The notes under the pieces are model-generated. The model had not been told where the DNA came from. It saw only the letters and a list, made by a program, of their open reading frames with translations, and searched no databases. A DNA stretch of 64,000 bases. It comes from Saccostrea cucullata. Lineage: Eukaryota. A program made the translations under genes and the position numbers. Each line of letters begins with the position of its first letter. The stretch's first letter is position 1. The stretch lies in contig NW_026938805.1 of the NCBI RefSeq assembly GCF_032062105.1, forward strand, positions 310,001 through 374,000. Reading direction: 5' to 3'. Below are positions 53,064 to 64,000 of this stretch, one piece after another.

Positions 53064-53892
53064 CTGCAATAAAGAATGATTACTTGAAACACTACAATCA
53101 TTTGGGCTAGATTTTACCTTTGAAAGGTAAGATTAGAAACAAGATTTTGATAGTGATAAGGAGTTACGGAAGTCAAAAGCTAAAAGTTGTAATTACTTTC
53201 AGTCTACAAACTAAAATATACATCTCATTGATTATGTACAGAATTAGATGCAACATTTACATTACATGTGTTAATAGTCTCACTCAAGACAAAAACAGAA
53301 AAGTAGATGTTTTAAAAGCAGCGTTTGCAAATATGGAATGAATTGCATAATTTTTTTAGAGTTACCATCATTACCAAGTTTTAAATCTGCATGTAAGGAA
53401 ATTCGCTAAAATGTAATCAAATGATTATGTACGAATTAGATGCAAGGTTTCATGACCTGTGTCAACAACACTAGGGCCAAGAATTCCTTTACTACCCAAT
53501 GTCCTTTGCGGTAATAAATAAATGAAATAAAACGTAAAGCATTTTTTAAAAGTGAATAATTACGCTACATGATAATCAATTAATTAAAAAAATTATGTCT
53601 GCAATGTTTTTCAACCAAAATTGCACTCAGAAAAATGTTATTTTTTTTTTAAATAAAAACATATTCTAAATATATGAATAGCTGATTCCGTAAGCTCAAA
53701 ATATGCAACAAATAAAGAACATGTGATATTGGTGAAAACGCATTTTCACAGCTAGTCGAGATGACTCGTGCCGTTTGATGTTTGAAGTGGCTGATCAATT
53801 TTTCAAGTATTTTTGATACTACGTAACTGCGCTCGCTCCGACAGTCACACAGAAAAACATATTAACTTTATTAGTATACTCGCTTAATCTAA

Positions 53893-53963
53893 TAGTCTGC
53901 TTCAAATACTTTGCTCTACTACTAATTACGAATAGACCATAGTACAAAGTATTTGAAGCAGAC
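53893..53963. repeat. Short hairpin (probable foldback element remnant)
   Basis: gtctgcttcaaatactttg ... caaagtatttgaagcagac, a perfect 19-bp stem. Confidence 0.7.
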
Positions 53964-54687
53964 AATTGCTGGAACTCTTCAGCATCAGAGGTTTAAACGA
54001 ATGGCTTATTGCTATGAAAAATCAACAGCTTTGATTTAAAGCTTTTAAAGGTAAGAAACAAAAGTTTTATAGTGATAGAGACTTAAGAAGATAAAGTTGA
54101 AGCAAGCAGCTTATTTATTTCAGCCCGTATCAATTGAAACAAGCAGTTGAAGTCCGGGCATGAGTACTCCAAATGAGGTAATGTGACTGACATTGCTCTG
54201 TGTTTTAGTACGACACTGTCCAAATATACCTCGAATCTCACGATTAGACCACAATGTAAATAGTTTTGCCGTGAACCGTGCTATCATGAATAAATAAAGG
54301 AGTAAGGGCATTAAAATTATTTCACTGAGATTGAATTTAGGAGGTCATGATTTACAACTTTGTTTTGTGTACTAGCCTTGTAACTATGAAAAAAAAATTA
54401 TCTTGTAAATTACCAGTAAATATAAAAGTCACGATCTCTGTCTCAAACACTTCTATATATCTTATGTTTTCTTCTCACTCGTGTTCATTTTTCCAGATCA
54501 ATGTTAACAAACAACTTGCATATTGTAGTGAAAAATCTTATGAAGATAAAACGCATTTGAGACTTCGAATACAATATTAACTCGTACGCATTGTGATATC
54601 GTCTCCGTTATCTGTGCGTTTGACATTGTTTCGTTTGAGCGTTAAAAAGAAAAGTAAATCTTTGACATAGACAAAACGTTTTTGAAC

Positions 54688-56971
54688 ATGGCAAAGCATC
54701 ACCCTGATCTTATTTTCTCATAAAAACAGCCTGGCGTAGGTATGTTATGTGGGGAAAGTATTTTTGTTGTATAAATAACTTTGTGTCTTTTACTTTAGCC
54801 ATTGCTCATAAATTGTTTCATAATCTAGAGTACGTGTCACGTGCCTGATTTCAATTTGTTCTTTTTTGTGTCTTATATTGAGATCTCACTGATTAGACCA
54901 CTTGTAATAGTTTTTTAAACTAAGCGTGTTATCATTAAAATATAATAAACAAATGCAAACATTAAATTATTATCTCATAGCACATAGCATTCACTGAACA
55001 TGTGAATTAGAGAACAGAGTGGATAAGAGGTCATGATTTACAATTTCGTTTTGTGTACTAATGCAACGCGTAAAGTGAAAAAATAACTCATCTTAAAAAA
55101 TATATATTTTTTTAAAAATCACAAAATTGCAAAAATGATTCGTCTACACCTTTGTTTTCAATTTAATAAATTACATTTCGTTTTTAATTACCTCATTTTT
55201 TCAAAAGTTTGTTTACAGGACAGGAAATTCAAACATCTTGTATACTGTAGTAAAAAATTAATAACATGTTCATTACACAAAATTTGTAATACCGAACGGA
55301 ATTATATCGTAGTTTAATTTAAACAAAACATTGTTTGTTTATTCATCCGTTTTTATTAAATTTGCATAAAAAACTATTTGTATCAAACTGGTGGTTAAGG
55401 CACAGGTAGCCCATTTCCTCTAACTCTGAAATGGTTCTTCTCCATGTTGTTCGTGGTACCTGCTTAATGGGAGGAAAAAGTATTTTTTTGCAATAAACAT
55501 ATATTTTTTCGCAATAAAATCTCTTTCAATCATAAATCAAATTTCATTACATACACAGCTACGAAATAATCCATCACTTTGCACGAGCATATTTTGTGGT
55601 TTTTGTTTTGAAAACGGCAATTTTTCTCTCAGTGTCTGCGCAAGTCACCATTTGCTAATGGAGAGATTCAAATTTATACCTCTACTCCATAGGCCTTCTC
55701 CATCTTAATTAAGATATACATATACAAATGCAAACAATTTATCTGGATATTAATTTCTAATACATAGCACATAGTACCTTAGTTAGAATAATGTATAAAC
55801 TGTGTCTCGGGACAGGCCCTCATGGGTTGTTGGCCACAAAATGCATAGGAAAGTAGGTAAAAATAGCTAATGTTCTATCTAATAGTACGTAGCTATTAAT
55901 AGATTGGTAGAAGTAGTCTTTGGTAAAATGGACCTGTTAAATACATGTATTTGTGTCAAATTAAGTGACTTGTGCTGTTTATTCTGCAAATATACAAGGT
56001 TCAGACTAGTGCATACACAATTTTCTATGATCAAAAGGCAATATTAATTTCCTCTCATTGTCTAAATTGTTTTCTTCTTCTCTTTCATTGAAAATTATTT
56101 TCTTTAAATATTGTCAAATATTTATATATAATTGTGATGTTTTCTCTTCCAGCTATTGGTAGACTGTGTGAAAAATGTAAGTTTTCATTTGCATTGTAAT
56201 TACTAAAAGTTTAAAAGAATAATACTTCAAACTTCATGATATGTAATTTATTATTGAAGATTCTTTACTGGGGAAACAAGTATAAATTGTTGTTAACAGT
56301 TTTCCACAAATGCACTTTGTTTTGCAGGTGACGGTAAATGTGTAATATGTGATTCCTACGTCAGACCGTGCACACTGGTACGGATCTGTGATGAGTGTAA
56401 TTATGGCTCGTACCAAGGTCGCTGTGTGATCTGTGGAGGGCCGGGGGTGTCAGATGCTTACTACTGCAAGGAGTGTACCATTATGGAGAAAGATGTGAGT
56501 GCAGACAATTGTATTTGTTTTTTAAATACAGTTGAACTTCTGTATCTTGAACATTTAAATTGCAATAACCATGGATATGTCATGGTGAGGTTAAAGTCCT
56601 AATCACTTTTTCTTTACATACCATCAAACCTTGTTATCTAGAACTTGATTGTATGAAGAAAAATTTTTTTGAGTTATCTGAGGATTTGATTAAGAAAATG
56701 TGATTAGGACTTTCAATTCACTTTGACACATTCACGATATTGGAGATACCAAAATTCAGCTAAATTTAATATTGATATCTAGAATCATCAGATATATCAT
56801 TTTCTTTCACGGTCCAATCAGGTTCAAGATTAGATTTATAAATCAATATACTAGAATGAATCAGTTTACTTTCTCTTTTAGAGGGATGGATGTCCAAAGA
56901 TTGTGAATTTGGGAAGTGCAAAGACAGATCTGTTTTATGAAAGAAAGAAATATGGATTCAAGAAGAGATGA
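54688..56971 (+). CDS. PHF5A: PHD finger-like domain-containing protein 5A (SF3b subunit); exon 1 has an in-frame TAA in this sequence
   Basis: Exons 54688-54739, 56153-56176, 56328-56494, 56882-56971: [109 protein letters not shown]. Confidence 0.95.
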
Positions 56972-58850
56972 GAACTGTTGTTGTTGTGTGGGAAATTATC
57001 AAATGACAGAGACATCAGAAAATCATTCTTTGTGAATTGTGAGCAAATTTTATGTGTGAAAAACTTGGTGCAAGCATTGGTCTGCCAGTTGAAAGTGCAA
57101 ATGGTTACTCATCAGCAGTTTTGTATTTCATTTAAATTTCAATCATAGACTTCATTATTTTATAATTCTTTACTTTCAGTAGGAGTTCAAGACATTACAT
57201 ACATTGTTTTTATTCCATTATTAGTTAATTTGTACAACAGGAAAAAATATCATGTTGATATTCTAAGAATTGCCAATTATAAATTAACAATGAGTTATAT
57301 TCAAGCTAGGATTACTGATGTGCCGTTGGCATGTTATTCTAATTTTGCATTCCAAACACTGCCAGGCAAATTTCATAAAAGCATCTTTCAATAAAAGAAA
57401 ATCATGAGAAGTTTTTTCTCTGCAGAGTTGTGTCCTCTTTAATAGGGAGGTGCATGTAAATTGAAAAGGTAGAAATACAGGTATCAGTTAGGTTGATAAT
57501 TATCAACATTTCTCTAAAGATGGGGGAACCCCATGCAGAGTCACAATTGACAAGTTTCATGAAAGTCTTTTGTAATATTCAAAAGTGGAAACAAACACCT
57601 TAGTGGCAAAATCATGGACTTAGAATCACAATTTAGATTATAATCTTCATAGAGTCTCTAAGCTGATGTGACAAATTTTGCTGGCATTCATCTGGTGTAA
57701 ATTTATTTCTTTAAATTCATGAAGCACAATTTGTAGTTTTAGCTCACCAGTTTGAGGCCCAAATGAGCTTTTCTGACCAAGCAGATCTTGATTATTTATG
57801 TCCATATTCAGGGCAGATCCAGGGATCATTCAAGAATTAAACAGAAGAGTGGGCCGGGTGGGGGGGGGGGGGGGGGGTTAGCAATCAACACTTTTATTTA
57901 TAAGCTGCTTTCCGTCTTGTAAATGACTTTTCCTATTAACTATCCAAATAGGGATCTGTATTTCATTTCCAAGGGGGTTCAAGGTTTCTTTACCATCAGG
58001 TATATAAATTTATACCCTTGAATACCTCAAAGGATTCTTTTCTCCTCCATGGGGAGATATTAGAGAAAATGTATGTGAGGGGTATGTTCATGTAGTAGTA
58101 TGTAGAAAATAGAGCTTATGAAAGTTTACTGGCATATTTAAAAAAAAAAAATATGTTCTTCAAGATAATCTATATCATGGCTCAAAAATTGAATGCCACA
58201 TAGGTATGAATTTTCACAACTATTTTTAAAGTGACATAAACTTCAACAAAAAAGTTGCCTTTTATTTTTAATATTTACTGGACAATATTATATATACGTA
58301 TATAACAACAGCATAAAACATCAATAAATATAAATTTAATTTTAAAGAATAAGACTTAAAATACACAATTTTAGAGATTCTTTGGAATGATAATTCACAT
58401 GGAAAGTATGTCTGCAAAAAACAAATTATTGCTTGGATTATTTTTCATGGATAAATAATAATTAACAAAGCTGTAATACATAAGAGAAATTATTTATGAC
58501 ATGTTTATAGGCTTTCTAAATACCAGTAGTTTGACCAGCATTCATTTCCATTTATCAACTGCATACACTTGTATAAAAGAAAGAAAACCAAAAAGGGAGG
58601 GGGGGACAAAGCAAACACAACAATAAATAATACACATAACAATACATAGACAATATCAAATATCTCAATACAAGATGTATCTGAAAAATATGCACTTAAA
58701 ATACACAATTTTAGAGATTCTTTAAAATGATAATTCACTTGGAAAGTATGTCTGCAAAAAACATATACATGTAATTTGATAAATAATAATTAACAAAGCT
58801 GTAATCACACAATAAGAGACAAATTATTTATGACATTTTATGTCTCTCCT

Positions 58851-61800
58851 TCAGATTTCATAATTTCTGAACTTTTCCATGTCTATGGAATCTCTCTACT
58901 GGACTTTCTGATCTAAAAAAAGAAAAACCATTGAAATGTTTTCGCTTGTAACTGAAACAGGCAGAAGTTAAACATTTAAGCACAATTTCATCAAAATTAT
59001 GCACAAGTTGACTAGAAGATAGTGAATACATGTAACATTAGATTAGAGGTATCTGAGATGGTGACCATCTAGCTTCAATAATGTAGCCCTCTCCCTTTTT
59101 TTTTTTGAGAGAGAGAGAGAGAGAAAACGTCAGATTAAAAAATTGGAGAGGGCTAAATTATTGCAGCTAGTAACCATCCCAAAGGGCATTGCTTTTAACA
59201 AAGGACATTAGGAAGAAAGGGACTAGTAAAAGTCTGTTTTGAATTTGACCTTTACCTTTGACTTACATATACCTTTACTCATGAGTACTCTTTGGGAGAG
59301 GTATGAATCAGATGGGGTCATTGAGAAAAAATATGCTCATGATAAGCTTTCATAAAGAGATCTCCTCTCTCTTAATCTACATGTATGTGCACCCGTTGGG
59401 TGAAGCTGGATAGGGCTAATAGAAAAGAAAATATGTTCTGGACAAAGATTTCAGTCAATTTTTATACCTTTACCTTTTCAAAGTTTATTTTTGATCAATA
59501 CACATCCTACATGTGAAGTTGGTAGCACTGATCCAGATAAATCCAAGGGGAAAAAAATCATGCCAGTGATTTAACAGAAAGAAAAAGATAGGTTAAACTT
59601 TGTTCAAGGTCTTTGCATATATTTCCCTTTATATAAACTGTGTTCAAAAAAGTTTAAGCCAGAAGGATCGTGGAGGAGAAAGTGTTATGTTTTAATAGTT
59701 TGCAAAAAAATTATTGAGTCCGAAGAGAGAGAAAAAAATGCTACTGACAAGGATTTAAATGGAGGTGTTTGATCTAAACTTCAACCAAGAAAGTAAGTTT
59801 ACAGTCATTTCAGGCAGTTTGATCAAAGCAACTGTGTTGGTGAGGTGTTTGCCTGATACAACCAAGGAAAGAATGCTGCTGATATTGGTTTGGTTTATTC
59901 CCACTTAGCCAAAATTCTGAATTTGTTATTCCCATCTAGCCAAAATTGGGATTTTCACACCTGAACACCTGAACACCTGAAAGGTCACCTGTGTAAAGTC
60001 TGTTTTATTACCTGTACTTACATGTATTACCTGTGGTGTATAAGTTCAATATCAAAATACATATCATAAATACTTGATTTATAACATAATTATTAATTAA
60101 AGAATTAAATGTGTAATTATTTTAAAATACATACCGGTACATTCATATCAATATCATTTTAAAAAAGAAAACTTAAGATCATTTTTTATGTAAAGAGAAT
60201 TTAGATAATTGATTTTTTGGGGAAAAAGTGAAAAAAAAAATTCATTCACCCATTTACAAAGAAAATTTTTTTTGACAATACACTACAATTATTTAATGTA
60301 CACATGTATTTGGATCATTACTTAAAATCTTTCCGATAAAGAGATTACCGGTATACTGTTTTCAAACCATTTGTATAGTATTTATTCAATAAAATATGTT
60401 CAGACCAATTCTTAATGCACAAAAAAATGTTTGAATGATAAATTAGAGTATCTATTAGAGAATATCTTGCTTTAACATATTTTCAAACAAAACAGTTTAA
60501 TATAAGCTTTATTTCTAAAAAGTTTATTTAAAAATAAAAACTTTTACATATTAATTTATCAAGTCATCTTATTCATGTTTTTCCATTAATGTGATATTTC
60601 TTTTAATAAATTATTTAATAATTAGAATTACGCTTTAAACACGATTACAGTACATAGATTCAAGATTTAATTCAAAGACATTTATAATACCTTACCTTTC
60701 ATTCACATGTATTTTTAAAATATCTGCGATACAAAGTATATTAAAATTGGCACCTAAAATTTTTAATAAATTTTAAAAAATTAAATTAAAAAAAAAATGC
60801 ACAATATAGATCTGACATTAAAAAAAAAGAATACAAATCGTTTACCATTTACAAATCAAAAAAAAAAACTTAAGAAAGATTTTTTTATTTTTTCATTAAT
60901 AATTAATTTTAATAAAATAATTTAGAAAAATAGCATTAATTTATTCAAAATTTAAAATAAATATGTCCATAGGACATGAATGTTCACACATATATTAGGA
61001 AAGTAACATGAAAATTTAAATGTGTATAAAATTTGATCAGTTTGGTTCAGGTATTTCATAATTTCTAGGGAATAAAAATGTAGGTCAGATCTCTCATCCG
61101 AAGCAAGTCTGGACTTTCTGATGCATCATCCAAGCAAGTTTGGTTCAGGCAATGTTATTTACTTGGAATGAAAATATAGGTCAGATCCAGCATCCAAAGC
61201 AAGTCTGGTAGTGTCCATCCCTAGATGCATCATCCATGCAAGTTTGCACAAGTTGACTTATAGTTACCAGGGAATGAAAATGTAGGTCAGATCCAGCATC
61301 CGAAGCAAGTCTTGTAGTGTCCATCTCTAGATGCATCATCCATGCAAGTTTGGTCCAAGTAGGGCTTATAGTTTTTTAGAGAGAGAGAAAACTCCAAAAA
61401 ATTGAGACCTGGTAAATTATTGGAAAATGTAGGTAACCATCCAAAGCATTGCTTTTAACAAAAGACATTAGATGCATCATCCATGAAAGGGGGTAGGCAA
61501 ATAGTGTTTTGAAATTGACCTTTACCTTTGACTTACATAACCTTTACTCATGAAACTCTTAGGGAGAGGCATCCGAAGCAAGTCTGGGGTCATCCTTGAG
61601 AGAAAATCATCCATGCAAGTTTCATAAAGAGGGCTTATAGTTCCTTAGGAACTGGACTTGCTCCAAAACCTTGAACCTGGTCACTCATCTGGAAAATGTA
61701 TGTGCACCCATTGGGTGAAGTCTGGTAGTGTTCATCCCTAGATGAAAATATGCAAGTTTGGACAAAGATGTGAAGTTTGATAACACCGTCATGAGATGGT

Positions 61801-63564
61801 ATGTTTAAAAGATCAATACATAATTTATACTCGGAAAGTGAGGTACATGATCAAAGGAAAGGTCAAGGTCAAAAAATGTTCATGCAGTTGATAGCTCTCA
61901 GAAATATCTATCAGCATACCAGATAGTTTGAAAACTTTGTTCAAGGTCTTTGCATATCCTTACTCCCTGTTACTCTAAACTAGCAAAGTTTAAGCCAGAT
62001 AGGGTCGGAAGAGAAAATACTCTCTGGACAATGATTTTAACAGTTTGCAAACCATATTCATGGCGGGGCATAAGAGAGAGAAATTTTAAAATGCTACAGA
62101 CAAGGTCACCTTTAATTAAGGTGTTTGATCTCTAACTCCCTCAACCAAGACCGTTTACCAAAGCATCTGTGTCACCTGTAACATGTTTCCTGATACAACC
62201 AAGGAAAGAATGCTGCTGATATTGGTTCCAGAAATCTGTATTGAACATAATCTGTGACTTAACAACCTTTTTTTCAAGGTCAATGCACATCCTTTACTCA
62301 GGGGTGAGGTATGGGCCAGTCAGGGACAAAGAGAGAGAAAATATGATCTGAACAGAGATTTTATACGACCTTGAACTAAAAAATGGTTAAATGTCACTGT
62401 ACAGACTTATTTTTTGGACGCTCAGTAAGTGAAGTATCAGCCAGACTGAGGGAAGTTTGACAATTATACTGGTAATTCAAAAATTTTAAAGCCATTCATT
62501 GTAAAAGCACTTTAAAGTTGAAATAAAGAATGGGAAGTTGGTACTAATACTTACTGCTATATACTGCAGCATGTGAGATGGGCTCATTTACTTTGAATGG
62601 TGATGAGTCAAAATCATCATCAGAAGATGGTTGTACACTAGTTGTTGTCATGTGTTCCTGTGATTGTATTGTAGGCTGAGGTTTGACTGATGCCCAGTGT
62701 AATGTCTACAATCCAGCATTATAAGAAGAATAAAAACCTGTGTACTTTCCCTTTTAACTGTATCAAAAGTCTTATTATTATATACATGTGCATTTCACTT
62801 CACATAAAAATGGGTTTTTTTTTAATTTTATATATTACATGTACTATAGAAAAGAAAAAAAAAGATTAAAAAATTAAATTCCTATAAAATTTGTCAAGTA
62901 TTGAATCAGTCAATCTTGACAAATCAATTCATTATACATGCCCAAGTGAACTTTCTCTGTAAAACTTACTGTCTTTGTTGCATCACGCAGTGCCTGCCAC
63001 TTTTCAAATGGCACAGTGATTCCAGAGTTATTCCAAGTGTCATAAGCTTGTCTTTTCTCAGGATCGGTCAAAATATCTTTTGCTTGAGCAAGGCGTGCAA
63101 ACTTTTGGGCTTGAACAAAAATTTACCGTTTTAGTTTTGATGATACATTAGAATTATTCAATTGTACTGCAAAACAACCATAGCTTTATTAATTAGTATA
63201 GATTCTAACCTGCTTGTGGGTCATCTGGATTCTTGTCTGGGTGGAGATCTAAAACTCTTGCTTTGTATTCTGTCAGGATTTGTTCAGTCTATTAAAACAA
63301 TACATTTTTAAGACCTTTAATAACTGATTCTGTCTGGGTTCTTTTACTGTAAACTTATTTTATCATGTTTTAAAATAATAATTTATGTCCAATATTCATT
63401 GATTGTTAAATTTCCTGATCGTACTTTTATGAGTGAACATCTCATTTTTCTAGACACTTTATACTTTAAACTACATTGATACTCACTGTAGAATGTTCAC
63501 TACATCCAAGAATATTATAAAAGTCGTCTTCTTTATTCCTCTCAAAATCAAAAATATTCTCCAT
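58851..63564 (-). CDS. DNAJC12: DnaJ homolog subfamily C member 12 (J-domain protein)
   Basis: Exons 63487-63564 MENIFDFERNKEDDFYNILGCSEHST; about 63210-63288 TEQILTEYKARVLDLHPDKNPDDPQA (HPD); about 62971-63110 QKFARLAQAKDILTDPEKRQAYDTW..PFEKWQAL; about 62555-62705 TLHWA; 58851-58912 ending in the family signature KFRNYEI*. The last exon has an in-frame TAG as written. Confidence 0.92.
61070..61760 (+). repeat. About 110-bp tandem repeat, increasingly scrambled to the right
   Basis: gaaaatgtaggtcagatccagcatccgaagcaagtctggtagtgtccatccctagatgcatcatccatgcaagtttgg units at about 61075, 61170 and 61276, with fragments thereafter. Confidence 0.7.
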
Positions 63565-63806
63565 TCCTACTTTCACTTTAACTTGGGAGTAGTCATTGAC
63601 TGTTTTAATCAAGATGTTTTATTATGGCTCATGCGCGAAAAAACTTTATTATTGATAAAATTGAAATATATTTATTATATCTAAGTAGAAATGAGTCACA
63701 AAAGAAAGGAAAATAGTAGTATTTTTTTCGGGTTGTTGTCTTGTGGATCATAATTCTGAAAATAATAGATGCTCCCCATGCGCAGCGCATCTTTGAGAAC
63801 TTTGCA
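63565..63806. promoter_or_regulatory. Bidirectional promoter between DNAJC12 and the next gene
   Basis: Divergent ATGs 242 bp apart; TACTTTCACTTT (63568), E2F-like GCGCGAAA (63633) and NRF1-like TGCGCAGCGCA (63779). Confidence 0.7.
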
Positions 63807-63969
63807 ATGGCGGAAGATGTGAAAGATGAAGTGGTTGAAATTCCTACAAAAAGGTTAAAACTTGACACGGAAGAAATAGATTGTGATCCTGAACAAGCTT
63901 GTTCTTCTAACAATAATTGTGCTATAGATAAACCAACAGGGAATGAGGATATGCCATCAACTTCAAGTG
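63807..63969 (+). CDS. First coding exon of a downstream gene, possibly SIRT1 (acidic N-terminus with NLS-like PTKRLKL)
   Basis: gcaATGGCG context; MAEDVKDEVVEIPTKRLKLDTEEIDCDPEQACSSNNNCAIDKPTGNEDMPSTSS followed by a likely donor g|gtaaag. Identity is inferred only from vertebrate DNAJC12-SIRT1 adjacency. Confidence 0.6.
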
Positions 63970-64000
63970 GTAAAGTTTCTCAAAAGTTATTCTCTCCCTT

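Noticed and set aside
54721-54723. Stop-codon readthrough or RNA editing rescuing PHF5A
   Set aside because: TAA is a poor readthrough codon, the adjacent Cys codon is also altered, and the surrounding region shows duplicated, scrambled sequence; a consensus error is simpler.
63629-63913. 94-aa minus-strand ORF
   Set aside because: Antisense shadow of the + strand exon starting at 63807; no recognisable motif.
1-64000. tRNA, rRNA, snoRNA, U12-type introns or autonomous transposase/reverse transcriptase genes
   Set aside because: None recognised by eye; a covariance-model search (Infernal/Rfam, tRNAscan-SE) would be needed to exclude small RNAs.

Overview
Eukaryotic, AT-rich, intron-rich genomic DNA, very probably from an oyster (Ostreidae), judged by the 166-bp Cg170/HindIII-type satellite carried in Helentron-like (HINE) elements. 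Genes in order: dachs-type unconventional myosin (-, partial), isovaleryl-CoA dehydrogenase IVD (+), METTL23 (-) head-to-head with BOLA1 (+), an M3A oligopeptidase-A-like protein (-), DDX47 (-) head-to-head with PHF5A (+), and DNAJC12 (-) head-to-head with the first exon of a gene that may be SIRT1 (+). Introns and spacers hold many non-autonomous DNA transposons, some nested. Main findings: (1) IVD has three tandem copies of the 94-nt exon encoding the catalytic glutamate helix. Two are intact and must be mutually exclusive, and they differ at substrate-pocket positions; the third is dead. (2) The oligopeptidase-A-like protein has lost all zinc ligands and has a mitochondrial-type presequence, so it looks like a pseudo-peptidase. 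(3) The motif AAAGTGAAAGTA recurs at three promoters. (4) Three patches of scrambled, self-similar sequence break conserved exons, including a TAA in PHF5A exon 1, and are most likely assembly-consensus artefacts. All exon calls and translations were read by eye; no searches were run.
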